Positions 24,141-37,324 of a stretch of DNA of 64,000 nucleotides are shown one piece after another (within the stretch, counting starts at the first letter, position 1; each line of letters begins with the position of its first letter). Position numbers and translations under genes: made by a program. The notes beneath the pieces are model-generated. The model had not been told where the DNA came from, did not search any database, and worked only from the letters and a program-made list of their open reading frames with translations. This stretch comes from Negaprion brevirostris (taxonomy: Eukaryota): positions 76,325,454 through 76,389,453 of the forward strand of contig JARDVH010000025.1 in the NCBI GenBank assembly GCA_030324005.1, read 5' to 3'.

Positions 24141-26479
24141 AACAGTTGAGGATTTCCTGTTCCTACATTAAGTGAAGCAAGGATGCTAATTTAGTTTTGA
24201 GGAAAAGGTAACTTATCCCACGTCCCTCCCATACTCAACAGTAATAAACTTTTCTTTATGAGTGTGACTAGTTATNNNNNNNNNNNNNNNNNNNNNNNNN
24301 NNNNNNNNNNNNNNNNNNNNNNNNNNNNNNNNNNNNNNNNNNNNNNNNNNNNNNNNNNNNNNNNNNNNNNNNNNNATCTTTTTCATGAGGCAATGAGCAT
24401 TGGTGCTTTCTAGAAAAGCCAACATTGCCAGCGAAGGTTGCTTGGGAAGGAAAATATTCCAGCTGTTCTGCCGAGACCATTGCTCTTGGGAATGATTAAA
24501 CATCCAGTTACTGCACAGACGTGCAGTCATAGACAAAGTATAACAGTGTGAAAGAAAATAATATAGTCCTCCTTCTTTACGTGGACGAATTAAAAAAGGC
24601 AGGAGGACCCTATTGCCTGGCTTTGAGCCACTATCCACCATTTGCCCCTAATTACCTAGGCACAGTGAATGAAAGTATTTGGCTCCTTTAACTGAATACA
24701 TAATCAGTAAATTAATGCAGGAATGTTTGCTGTACAAGAAATTAAATCTTTATTTGTACTAATTATTTAATGTCAAGAATAAATGTCCAAAATATTATAA
24801 GCAAGTTAGTAATAAAACAGAAAATATTGACTAGTCAAAATCTCAAATACAAAAAAAATGTTGATTTGGGTTAGGGATGATTTATTAACTTATTCCACTC
24901 TTTTGTGCTGATGGAATTGTATGTATCCATCATTTTCCATTAATATTTTTGTTCCATATTTCTACCATTTGTAATTTTTCCTTTTATCATAACTAAATTA
25001 GTTCTGAGTATGTACTTGGATTCTTTAGTATAGCCTGTCAACGTACATGTCATATGTGGTCTGGCAGTGGTAGTACTGTAAACATTACACTATTCACTCA
25101 TTGAGACTTATGTGACATTTCGAATAGTAGCAAACGAACTTGTCATTGATTCTGGTAAATAAATCCAAAACTCAAAGAACAAATTTCAGGGAAAACTCTG
25201 AATTCAAAACAACCTCTGTCAGACACATGGAATTAATAAATATCAAGCTCCTGCTATTAATTCATTTTCACTGCTTCATCAGTACAGTAAAAATAAGTTA
25301 CTCAGTTTTCTTCTTATTTGGGTGAGAAAGATATATTTAGGAGTAAACTTGCACAGCTATCATTATTGAACCTGGCATTTATGCCAGAGAAAATGAGCAA
25401 AATTAAACCAGAAACACCACTATTGTCAGGAATATCATGTCAGAAGCAACTAATCAGAGAATTATTGAGCGGAAGGAAAGAAAACGTTTTGGTTGCAGTT
25501 CCCACCCTTGTCTTCACCTCACTTTGGAGCAATTTGAGTGCAAATAGATGACTGGCTCCACCTTAATTTCTTTCTCTACTTTCCTGTCAATGTTCTCTTC
25601 TTTCCTTGTCTGTCAATGTCTTCTGAAGGCAATAATTCACTTCTGGCATTGAGTTCCAGAGGCAGTATTCATCCTTTGGTATGTTGACTTGTGACTATAC
25701 CAGTCTTTATAAGATAGTGAGTGCTGACAATTATTAAACCACAAGTAGGAAGAGAACAAGAACTAGAGGTGGTCCCAATGCTAACCTTCCCCAAGTGCTT
25801 TCATTCTCTTGCTCCAACAAGGCTCAATGACTTCACCCTCCTAACCCAGGGCATCAAGACCAATTGTAGATTCCGATTAGTACTTGGCTGAGGGCAGACA
25901 TTGATTGGTGAAGAACTGAATGTGAAGAACTTGCTAGCTTGGAAAAGAGCCTGGTTACTTTCCAATGCTCCTGAGAATGACATCAAATTCATTACAGGGG
26001 GTTTAATGGATTTCTTTTTCTATAATTATCACTCCCACATGAAAAAGTCAAAAATACCAAACAGACTTTCAAAGCTTGGCTCCGACTGCTGCAGGTCTTA
26101 ACCACTGGATGGAACCTCATTTAGTGGCTCCTCCTCCATCTATGAAGTACTGACTTTTCCATCCATGGCCTGCATTTTGCTAAGGTCACTCGCTGCCTCC
26201 ACCTGAGGGGCTATTTAGAGAGAGAAAGATAACATAAAGCACAGAAGAGCAAGATAAAGGAGACAATTTGAAATGCAATGTTGCAAAATTCTAACAAAGG
26301 GAGAAAGCACAATGGAAGGAAAAAAAGAACAGAAAGAACAGAAATAAGGGAGAACATTTTTAAAAGGATAACAAAGTGTGATGTTAGTCAAAGCTACAGC
26401 CTCCATCTACCAACTGAGTCCTGCCATGATCATGCAGACCTTGTATTTAAACTGCAGGCATGCCTAGACATGCAACTCA

Positions 26480-27050
26480 GAGCCAGGATTTTCTGGGCCT
26501 ATTCTCTGCGAGCACAAATCCTGTAATGGCTGCTGACTCTCGTGAGAGGATCATAATGGGGTTTGCACCAGGGAAATTCAGAATGAGATCTACCCTGCCC
26601 TCTCTGACAAATTAATCAGATACATGCCCAGCGAGGGTGTGAACCTAATTACTATCAATATGCAAGGGTTTAAATGTTCCTAAACAGCATAACACCATCC
26701 CATCTGGGAATGTATGATGAACACTGGAAGGAATCAGTCATATTCTCCGCCAGTTGAGATGACCATGCCGAGGGTGTGGAAGCCAGTGCTGAGGCCCCTG
26801 GTAAGCTGGCAGTTCCAGGGGACGGTGTTGGGTGAGGCAACAATGGGGGTGGGGGGGATGCTGTAGGGAGATTGCTGCCGATAATGGACGAGGTTGGGAG
26901 AGAGCGGGGGTTTGGAGACTGTCCTGTTGTCTGTTGGGGAATGGAAAGGGGCATGTATCTCAATTTTGAGATCGGTATATAATCTCTGTGGAGCTAACCT
27001 TGTTGACATCTTTAGGCCCCACCCCTCAGGATTGACAATGCAAAACACAC
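26480..27050. mobile_element. GC-rich non-autonomous DNA-transposon-like repeat (partial)
   Basis: Starts ccaggattttc; G-rich interior like other MITE-like elements in the window. Confidence 0.4.
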
Positions 27051-27887
27051 TCCCTTTATTTTGAGAAAAGTGACAGAAGNNNNNNNNNNNNNNNNNNNNN
27101 NNNNNNNNNNNNNNNNNNNNNNNNNNNNNNNNNNNNNNNNNNNNNNNNNNNNNNNNNNNNNNNNNNNNNNNNNNNNNNNNNNNNNNNNNNNNNNNNNNNN
27201 NNNNNNNNNNNNNNNNNNNNNNNNNNNNNNNNNNNNNNNNNNNNNNNNNNNNNNNNNNNNNNNNNNNNNNNNNNNNNNNNNNNNNNNNNNNNNNNNNNNN
27301 NNNNNNNNNNNNNNNNNNNNNNNNNNNNNNNNNNNNNNNNNNNNNNNNNNNNNNNNNNNNNNNNNNNNNNNNNNNNNNNNNNNNNNNNNNNNNNNNNNNN
27401 NNNNNNNNNNNNNNNNNNNNNNNNNNNNNNNNNNNNNNNNNNNNNNNNNNNNNNNNNNNNNNNNNNNNNNNNNNNNNNNNNNNNNNNNNNNNNNNNNNNN
27501 NNNNNNNNNNNNNNNNNNNNNNNNNNNNNNNNNNNNNNNNNNNNNNNNNNNNNNNNNNNNNNNNNNNNNNNNNNNNNNNNNNNNNNNNNNNNNNNNNNNN
27601 NNNNNNNNNNNNNNNNNNNNNNNNNNNNNNNNNNNNNNNNNNNNNNNNNNNNNNNNNNNNNNNNNNNNNNNNNNNNNNNNNNNNNNNNNNNNNNNNNNNN
27701 NNNNNNNNNNNNNNNNNNNNNNNNNNNNNNNNNNNNNNNNNNNNNNNNNNNNNNNNNNNNNNNNNNNNNNNNNNNNNNNNNNNNNNNNNNNNNNNNNNNN
27801 NNNNNNNNNNNNNNNNNNNNNNNNNNNNNNNNNNNNNNNNNNNNNNNNNNNNNNNNNNNNNNNNNNNNNNNNNNNNNNNNNNNNNNA

Positions 27888-28230
27888 TCAGATGAGTGGA
27901 GAGTTGGGTTCACAAATATGGTATATATACACAGAGACTCAATTGCAAGACAATGGTTGGAATGGAAGTCTTTACAGGTAATCAAGTCTTTACAGGTACA
28001 GACACTACAAGTGGCGAGAGGAATAATCACATGTTAAAGAGGTGTGAATTGTCTCAAGCCTGGATGGTTAGTAGGATTTTACGAATCCTATGTATGCCAT
28101 GTTTGTGAACCCACCTCTCCACTCACCAGATGAAGGAGCAGGGCTCCTAAAGCTTGTGATTCTGAATAAACCTGATGGACTTTAACCTAGTGTTGTGTGA
28201 CTTCTTACTGTGCCCACCCCAGTCTAATGC
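27888..28230. mobile_element. Penelope-like pLTR fragments in inverted arrangement
   Basis: 27888-28080 is similar to 5830-6010; 28097-28205 is the opposite-strand copy (gtgaacccacctctccactcacc.gatgaaggagc...ctttaacct.gtgttgtg.gacttcttact). Confidence 0.8.
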
Positions 28231-29904
28231 TCAATCCCTATATTATGTCATTAGCAAGCCCTCCCTCTAGCATTTCACCCCTCACTGAATGTACATCAGT
28301 TACCGGTGTGACATCAGGCTGGAGAGATGTACAAGCGCTGTATAAAAATGAGGATCTGGTGACCTCACCTCCGAAGGGGATATTAGAGGTGAGCACTCAG
28401 GCTGCCATATCCAGAGTGCCAGTTGCAAACGGGGCAATGGAGAGGACGTGAGGTACCCAGGTAAGTTCAATTTGGGGTCGAGGGTTCCAGTATCGACATC
28501 TTGGGGTGGGGCTTTTTAGAGGCCTCATCGAATCTTCATGTCTCTACACCTTTAGATTTAAAAGCTGTCTCGTGGCTGGTAAGCAGGCAGTGATGCCAAT
28601 GTCCTCCTTGCTGGACTTGTGGCGGTATCACCACCAAGGGAGTGCCCTACCAGANNNNNNNNNNNNNNNNNNNNNNNNNNNNNNNNNNNNNNNNNNNNNN
28701 NNNNNNNNNNNNNNNNNNNNNNNNNNNNNNNNNNNNNNNNNNNNNNNNNNNNNNNNNNNNNNNNNNNNNNNNNNNNNNNNNNNNNNNNNNNNNNNNNNNN
28801 NNNNNNNNNNNNNNNNNNNNNNNNNNNNNNNNNNNNNNNNNNNNNNNNNNNNNNNNNNNNNNNNNNNNNNNNNNNNNNNNNNNNNNNNNNNNNNNNNNNN
28901 NNNNNNNNNNNNNNNNNNNNNNNNNNNNNNNNNNNNNNNNNNNNNNNNNNNNNNNNNNNNNNNNNNNNNNNNNNNNNNNNNNNNNNNNNNNNNNNNNNNN
29001 NNNNNNNNNNNNNNNNNNNNNNNNNNNNNNNNNNNNNNNNNNNNNNNNNNNNNNNNNNNNNNNNNNNNNNNNNNNNNNNNNNNNNNNNNNNNNNNNNNNN
29101 NNNNNNNNNNNNNNNNNNNNNNNNNNNNNNNNNNNNNNNNNCAATGCATGAGTGTGTCACTGATTGGTGCCCAATCTTTAACTCTTTGGAAGCATCTGGG
29201 TCTACAAGGCTCAAACTCATGTCTACATAACAGCGAGGTGACATGGATGTGGCCCCGATTCAAGTTCCTCATCAATCACCATGTTGAAAGGATGACTTGG
29301 GACAGCATCTTTTTTCCCCCATGAGGTTATAGCACAGGTTAATTGAATGTACTCAACTTCCCTAACTACTCACCCTTGCAGGATTAGAGAGAGTGCGGGG
29401 AGGCGGGGATGCATGCAGACCAGTGAGACTCTCGAGGCTTGAGGCATTTTATTTAGATGGAGTTGAGAGGGACAACTGTGGGGAAGTGGCTATTGAGTGA
29501 AAGGGCAGAGAGTGAGGCTTAGTGGAAAGGCATTCATCCTTATTCCTCCTAGGTNNNNNNNNNNAATCCACATTGCTCACTTTGATATTCTCTTCCTTTC
29601 AGTTTATGATTTTGGAGAATCATTGAGCCTGTCAAGTTGGCAATTCTTTGTTAGTGATTGACCTTCTGATTGCAGAAATTAAGTTTTCCCAAGGTAACTG
29701 AATCAGAGGCAAGCCATCACAAGCATAGCACGAGGCACATGGAGAAAACATCTTTCTTTAAGAGACTCAACATTCAGTGAAGTTTTCCATAGGTGCTGAT
29801 AGCCAGATCTTCCCCAATTTTCTCCCTGGAACAGACACATTTGAAAAAAATTGGGAAAACTCCTCCCCATGGTATCCCAAGGGACCTCACTGAGGTTTAT
29901 TGAA

Positions 29905-30620
29905 GAAAATAGATGCCAAGTCAAAAAAGAAAGAATTTGGAAGGGTGACCAGTAATTTGCTCTTGGGAAGGGAGGATTGCACAGGAAGAACAGTTAAAAA
30001 GGGGTTTAGGAGAAAATTCCAAATTGTTGGCTTAAGATAACTGCAAGTACAGCTTTCAGTAATGGCGTGGATGTGGGAGGGGTGAGTGCAATGGAAGGAT
30101 GGGCAAGAGGCTGGAATCAGAGGAAAGGATGGGTAAGATGGGGATTGGAGTGCTGAAGAATATTTTAACATGAAGATAAAACTTTAAAATTTGAGGCATT
30201 CAGGTCCAGGCTTAGTGGGTGAACAGGATGGTGCAGGACAGGATATACACACCACAGTGTAGAATGATAGTTTGGCTTGAAGGTGATAGAGGACAAGAGG
30301 AGGGTTTCAGCTGCAAATGTAGTGGGGGGGATGCACAATGAAAGAACCAACGTAAACAGAGATAAAAACAGTGCAACTACAGCAAGGTGAAAGCATCATC
30401 CTGAAACAGGAATATGAGGAAGGTGTGGGAGCAGAGCTGGGAAGCTGGAGGCCTGACCAATCTTAATGGCAGGGCCTCATTTAAGTAACAGAAGACAAAT
30501 TTTTGAGAATGGAAATTGGAAAAGGTGGGGCATGTCCACCAGTTAAGGTATAAAGTATAACCAGAAAACTGTAAGAACAAATGGGAATTTGCATGGACAA
30601 AAGTGATGACTTGAGAGGTG
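29905..30620 (-). mobile_element. Old L2-type LINE fragment
   Basis: Purine-rich plus strand with gggagggg...tggaagga and gaggagggtttcagc patterns typical of antisense L2 ORF2. Confidence 0.45.
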
Positions 30621-30639
30621 CAAAAGTGTGGAATTTAGA

Positions 30640-30800
30640 ACGTAGAACATAGAACATTACAGCTCAGTACTGGCTCTCAATGTTGCTCTGACCTGAGAAA
30701 CCAATCTAAAGCCCATCCAACTTACAGTATTCCAATATCATCCATATGTTTATCCAATGACCATTTAAATGCCCTTAATGTTGGCGAATCCCCTACTGTT
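30640..30800 (-). mobile_element. CR1/HER1 LINE 3' end
   Basis: (agaacat)n tail; tccaatgaccatttaaatgcccttaatgttggcga. Confidence 0.75.
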
Positions 30801-32269
30801 GGAGTGTTCTTGGTGGTACTGTTGAACAGTGTACAGCTACTGACTTCCATCTAGCTAAGAGTCAATGATCCCAGGGAAGACCCTCTGCTGCCCAGTTAAG
30901 CGCCTGAGATTCACTTAATGCTGTCACCTTCCTGACAGGAGGGTGAAGCAAGGCTCTTGCAGGCTCTCCAGGCATTGGAAAGGCCCCTGGCACCCACATT
31001 AATTGCCACCCTAAGAATCAAATCCTCCCACGCTGATTAGTTTTTCCCTTTCCGGAGCAATCAAAAATGATTGGACGTTTTTGCAACAAAATTGCTCTTT
31101 GTGAACCAGTGCATGTCAATCTGTCCCGAAGCATGATATCCATCAATATTTTGAAGCACCATGAAAAAAGTGGGTGGATCAGAAATTAAGAAATGTATTT
31201 TTCTTGGCAGCCACAAGCATGCTATGTAATAACTTAATAATGCAACGATCCAGAGGGAGATCAGGTGTCTGTGCAATAAAAACAGCTAGAGGGATAACTA
31301 AAGTTGTGCTTTAGTAGCATGATGAGCCAAAGATTGTAAAAAAATGAAATAATCTGAGGACGTGACCAAAATGGATTGAGAATGGTTTCCTCTCTCTCAG
31401 CAATAGTATTAAAAAGTACAAGGCCACAATGCAAATTTTTTACATTGTTTAGAATCATGTGTATACAGTGCACAACTCTGAGCTGAACTTGTTTTAGTTA
31501 ATTAAACTTATGCATTTGCACTTGATTGAATCCCAGCCTTGATTGTCAAAGGGCTGCTCAGGCTGTGCTCTTAACTCTTTTTATGAATATTGTACACTTG
31601 TTGATTGTACTTTCCAGTAATAAAGTCAAATATGAGATCTAATCTTAATTAGAAAATTACCTTAAAATGCATTTTAAAAAAATTTGAAACTCCTTGGGGA
31701 TATTCGTTTCAACAATAATGCAGTGGAATTGCTTCAAGAATGGATACAGATCACTCTTCCCTCCCACCCCGCTTTCCCAGAAGAATGTAAGTGAACCTAT
31801 ATTACAGAGGTCAGAACGTGTGTATATTATGGCAGAAAGCTATTCATTCAAATATGCCTTGCTGAAAAGCAGGCATACTTCAAAACTGGTGACATTGGCG
31901 AGATTGATATAGAAGGATAGAAAATACATCAAATATTTCTCCGACAACATCGAGCACTCTAAATAATGGGATTAGAATAAGAGCTAGAAACCCTTTTAAG
32001 AGGTTGGNNNNNNNNNNNNNNNNNNNNNNNNNNNNNNNNNNNNNNNNNNNNNNNNNNNNNNNNTTTCTAAATCCAGCAAACTATTTTTGCGAATAGCTTA
32101 AATAGGAACACAGATTTGCTTGAATAAAATTTAGATAGGATTGTTTAAGAAAATTTCAGCTAAACTTAGCAACAATAACTTTATAAAGTAAGTTTTATTG
32201 GACTTTAAAAACTCAAACCTGGATTTCAAAATTTAAAACATTTTTGAAGGGTTAAAACTCATACAAATC

Positions 32270-32965
32270 AGAAAGGACTCTCCATGGTATGGCAGAGATT
32301 CTATATGAGTACTTCACATCAGTCTTCCATCTTGAAGATAGTGTGCAACTGGCAGCAGTATGTAGTGCTGTTAGTAAATATGTTCATATTAAAATAAATA
32401 GATATAATATCTTGGAAAGAATAAGTTATCTTAACATAAGTCTGTTTGAGGTTATAATTCCAGTTTTTTAAAAGTGGGATAAAGTAGAACCAGAGAAGTA
32501 TAAGTTGACATCCATAATAGGGGAGATGGTCAAGGGAGTATCAGTGATGCAATATTTCTCACTCAGATGAAGAAGGAAAGGAAAAGAACATTGCATCATA
32601 TAAAACTGAATGTCATTTGGGAAGTCTCTATTTTATGGGTGAGGATAATCCAATAGTTCAGAAAGATCTTGACATGGTACTGCATGTAAAACTTCTTTAC
32701 AAGATATGGAATTGGTTCTAATTTGCTGCCATGGATTGAGAATTGACTGAATGCCATCGACAGAGAATGGTTGTCAGTGGATTTGCATCTATTTAGAGAT
32801 TGGGTGCAAGCGGTGTCCTCCAGAGATCCGTGTTAGCCTCAACTTTGTTATTTAACATTATCATTGATCATCTAGGTATGTATTGGAAATGAGCTGCAGG
32901 TTTGTGGAAATATCAAGATACTGTTCAGAGTTAGGACTGTGAAGGACACCCAAGAAATGTAAGCA
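32270..32965 (+). mobile_element. Old CR1 ORF2 RT fragment
   Basis: MAEILYEYFTSVF; IIPVF-K-DKVEPEKY; WIEN-L..QRMVV; SGVLQRSVL (GVPQGSVLG-like). Confidence 0.75.
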
Positions 32966-32969
32966 GTTT

Positions 32970-33572
32970 TAGATTTTATTCAACCCATATAACACAAAAG
33001 GAAATCATGCAGCTCATTGTAACTGTGTTGGCTGTTTAAAAGAATTATCAATTTGTCCCATTCCCCTGACCTTGCCCGTTGGTCTGCAAAACTCCCTTTT
33101 CAAATATATATTCGATTTCTTTTTGAAAGTTACCACAAATCTGCTTCCATCCTACTTTCTGGTAGGACATTCCTAGTGATCACAGATGGATTTGAAGATT
33201 CAATTTGTATCTGGCAAATGTTGCTAACTTAGAAAGTATAGCATTGTGCATGTTGTTGGGCCAAATGCTAAGTATAGGAGCAGGTGTAGGCCAGAGGACC
33301 CATTGAGCTGCATCACCATTCAATACAATCTTGGCTGATTTTGGGTCCACTTTCCCACCAATTCCATATCCTTTGACTCCTTGGGAAAACCAAAATTTTG
33401 TTTGCCTTAGCCTTAAATATGCTCAATGATGGAGCATTCACACGGGGTAGGGAATTCCAAAGATTCACAACTGTTTGAATGAAGAAATATTTCCTCATCT
33501 CAGTCCCAGAGGATTATCTTCTTGAAACCTTGAGATTCCAAATTCTCCAGCAGGAGAAACAACCTTATCAAG
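32970..33572 (-). mobile_element. Two adjacent CR1/HER1 3' ends
   Basis: RKYFFIQTVVNLWNSLP (ORF 33313-33498) with taggagcagg.gtaggcc tail; an older copy at 32970-33190. Confidence 0.8.
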
Positions 33573-35685
33573 NNNNNNNNNNNNNNNNNNNNNNNNNNNN
33601 NNNNNNNNNNNNNNNNNNNNNNNNNNNNNNNNNNNNNNNNNNNNNNNNNNNNNNNNNNNNNNNNNNNNNNNNNNNNNNNNNNNNNNNNNNNNNNNNNNNN
33701 NNNNNNNNNNNNNNNNNNNNNNNNNNNNNNNNNNNNNNNNNNNNNNNNNNNNNNNNNNNNNNNNNNNNNNNNNNNNNNNNNNNNNNNNNNNNNNNNNNNN
33801 NNNNNNNNNNNNNNNNNNNNNNNNNNNNNNNNNNNNNNNNNNNNNNNNNNNNNNNNNNNNNNNNNNNNNNNNNNNNNNNNNNNNNNNNNNNNNNNNNNNN
33901 NNNNNNNNNNNNNNNNNNNNNNNNNNNNNNNNNNNNNNNNNNNNNNNNNNNNNNNNNNNNNNNNNNNNNNNNNNNNNNNNNNNNNNNNNNNNNNNNNNNN
34001 NNNNNNNNNNNNNNNNNNNNNNNNNNNNNNNNNNNNNNNNNNNNNNNNNNNNNNNNNNNNNNNNNNNNNNNNNNNNNNNNNNNNNNNNNNNNNNNNNNNN
34101 NNNNNNNNNNNNNNNNNNNNNNNNNNNNNNNNNNNNNNNNNNNNNNNNNNNNNNNNNNNNNNNNNNNNNNNNNNNNNNNNNNNNNNNNNNNNNNNNNNNN
34201 NNNNNNNNNNNNNNNNNNNNNNNNNNNNNNNNNNNNNNNNNNNNNNNNNNNNNNNNNNNNNNNNNNNNNNNNNNNNNNNNNNNNNNNNNNNNNNNNNNNN
34301 NNNNNNNNNNNNNNNNNNNNNNNNNNNNNNNNNNNNNNNNNNNNNNNNNNNNNNNNNNNNNNNNNNNNNNNNNNNNNNNNNNNNNNNNNNNNNNNNNNNN
34401 NNNNNNNNNNNNNNNNNNNNNNNNNNNNNNNNNNNNNNNNNNNNNNNNNNNNNNNNNNNNNNNTCTAGTATTTGGTGAGTGTTTTTGTTTTGTCTCCAAG
34501 CCAGGAGACTGTAACTTGCTATTACTTCAGCTGTGTAAATGAATAATGGATTGAATAATTAAATAAATAGGTGAGGCAGACATGACAGGGCTGGTGGAGT
34601 GCAGTGACTGAAACATGTAGGAATCTGCAGAATGCACGGCCGTTCTGGACAATCATATCTGCGGTAAATGTTTGTAGCTTGTGAAACTTTGGGGTTTAGG
34701 ATTGTTGAGCTGAAGTCTGAGCTGCAGAAATTGTGTGGCATCAGGGAGGGGGAAGAGTTACCTAGGTATTTTGTTCCAGGAGGCAATCAGTCCTCTTAGG
34801 TTAGGTAGAAGTTTAAAGCTGGTCAGTGGTCAGGTATAGAAAGCTGTGACTGTCGCTCAGCCAAGTATGCAAAACCAGCATGTAGTAACAGGAGAGCCTT
34901 AGCCTTTGACGTTGACCAACAAGAACAAGGTGCTTGCTACCAATGTGGATGAGAAAAAAGATTGCAGGGTGAATGTGCAAACTGACTATGGCATGAAGGA
35001 AACCATTCAAGTGAAAATGCAGAACATCAAAGTAGTCATCTCTGGATTGTTATTTAAGCTATATACCAACTTGTATCTGGACAAGCAGATTAAAGAATTA
35101 AACACATGGTTCAATGAATGATGTGAGAAGGAGTCTTGGTTCATGGGTCACTTGCATCAGTACTCAGAGAAGAGGAAGCTATTCCATGTAATGGACTTCA
35201 CTTATACTGGGCTGGAACCAGTGTACAAACAAATTGTACAACTAGGGCTATGGATATGTCTTTTAATTAACAGGGGAAGGGGCACTGGGAAAGGAGAAGG
35301 AGGGTTCAGATATCAAAAGAAACATGTCAAGGCAACTGACCAGTGTTGTGATATGGTTATGTAGAGTAGGAAGGGACAGAGAATTTAATATTAATTGTGC
35401 ATCAGTGACAAAGGTCCACAAAGTGAATATTATCTAAAAAAATTGAAAGCTATAAATAGAGATAAATGCTTTAGATTTAATTCCCGTTACAGAGGCATGG
35501 TATAGGGAAGTTGGAAAATAAATATTTCAGGGTACATGCTATTTTGAGAAGAGACAGCATGACAAAGGAAGAGTGGTAGACTTATGTGAAGTAGGACATG
35601 AGTGAGAAATGTTCTTGGCTCAGAAGATTATAGAATAGAATCAGTATGAATGTAGATTAGGAAAAGCAAGAGTCAGAAAACACTG

Positions 35686-35985
35686 GGGCATACAGTGGTT
35701 AGCACTGTTGCCTCACAGCATCAGGGATTCATGTTTGATTCTCAGCTTGGGTCACTGTCTGTGTGGAGTTTGCACATTCTCCCTTTGTCTGCATGAGTTT
35801 CCTCCTGGTGCTCCAGTTTCTTCCCACAGTCAGAGAGACATGCTGGTTAGGTGCATTGACCATGCTAAATTCTCCCTCAGTGTACCCGAACAGTGCTGGA
35901 GTGCGGCAACTAGGGGATTTTCACAATGACTTCATTGCAGTGTTAACGTAAGCTTACTTGAGGCACTAATAAATAAATAAACTTT
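35686..35985 (+). mobile_element. HE1-related V-SINE variant with (aata)n tail
   Basis: cagtggttagcactg.tgcctcacagc...V-domain...ttttcacaatgacttcattgcagtgttaa..aataaataaataaa. Confidence 0.88.
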
Positions 35986-36899
35986 AAGTTATATGCCCAG
36001 GACAGTAATTACACCAGAGTATTAAACAATAAATGACTAGAACATGTTTCAAAGACAATGTAATCATTGTGGCAGGATTTAACCATTGTATAGACTGGAC
36101 CAATCACATTGGCAAGGGTGGTCTAGAAGATGAGTTTGTAGAATACTTTTGTGAAAGCTTCCAGGAGCAATGGATTGTGAAACAAACTAAGAATACACTT
36201 ATTTTAGATCTCTTATTGCATAATGAGGCAGGGTTAAATTTTAATCCCATAGCAAAAGATCCCCCAGAAAATAGTGACCATGATAGAACTGAATTTATTG
36301 TTAAGTTTGAAAATGATATATTTCAGTCACTACAAAAATTTAATCTTATACATAAGTATGAAGAGTTAAATTGGGTAAAGTTGACAAGCTAAGAAGCCTG
36401 ACTGTAAACAAACAGTGGGAAGCATTTAAAGAAACAGTTGGTTTTTTTCAATAAAAGTACATTCCGTTTATGAACAAAAACTCAGCAAGATAGATCCATC
36501 CATAGCTTACTCAGAAAGTTAAGGATAATATTAGATTAAAAGAAGAGGTTTACAATAATGCGAGGAATAAGTCTAAGGATTGAGGATGTCTTAGAAGTCA
36601 ACAAAAGGCCATCAAATTGATGATAATGAAAAAGCAAATGTAGAGATCAGAAGTAAATTATCTTGGAAAAACAGATTGTAAGAGCTTTCACAAGCAAATG
36701 CAAAGAGAGTAGCTAAAGTAAACATTGGTACCTGAGAAACAGAGACAGGTGAAATTACTAAGGGGAATGAGAAAATGACAGAGACATTAAACAAATATTT
36801 TGTGGCTATATTCACAGTAGAAGATTCACATTGCATATCAAAAAGAGAGTAATAAGGTGTCAAAATGGTAAGGGATTTAAGGTAATTAAGATAAAGTAA

Positions 36900-37170
36900 A
36901 GTTTGTTTCTTAGTCACAAGTGGGGCTTACATTACATTGTAATAAAGTTACTGTGAAATTGATCTAGTTGCCACACTCCAATGCCTGTTAGGGTCAATGT
37001 ATCAACCAGCACGTCTTTCAAACTGTGGGTGGAAACCTGAGCACTCGGAGAAAACCTAACAAACACAGAGGGAACATGCAAACTCTACACAGACAGCGAC
37101 CCAAGCCGGGAATCAAACTTTAGTCCCTGGCGCTTTGTTGCAGCTAACCAGTGTGCTACTTTGCTGCCCC
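36900..37170 (-). mobile_element. HE1-related V-SINE variant (antisense)
   Basis: Reverse complement of the tRNA head/V-domain (gacccaagccgggaatcaaac..tccctggcgct..gcagctaacca). Confidence 0.82.
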
Positions 37171-37324
37171 AGGGAAAAAATACTGGAGAAAGTTAGGGGA
37201 TTAATTTTTGACAAAACCCTAGGAACTGATGACTTACACCCTAGACTTCTAAAAGAGAAAGCAAAAGAGATAGTGGATGCGCTAGCTATAATTTTCCAAA
37301 ATAATAAACTTTACGCTGAAATCT

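Larger units (their letters stand above)
34560..37305 (+). mobile_element. 5' half of a decayed CR1 LINE (ORF1 zinc finger/zipper/esterase plus ORF2 endonuclease), interrupted by two SINEs
   Basis: ICGKCL..RIVELKSELQKL (ORF1); VVISGLL..IKELNTWF (esterase-like); VIIVAGFNHCIDW..ILDLLL..NSDH (APE endonuclease); GTDDLHPRLLKE..IVDALAIIFQN. Confidence 0.85.
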
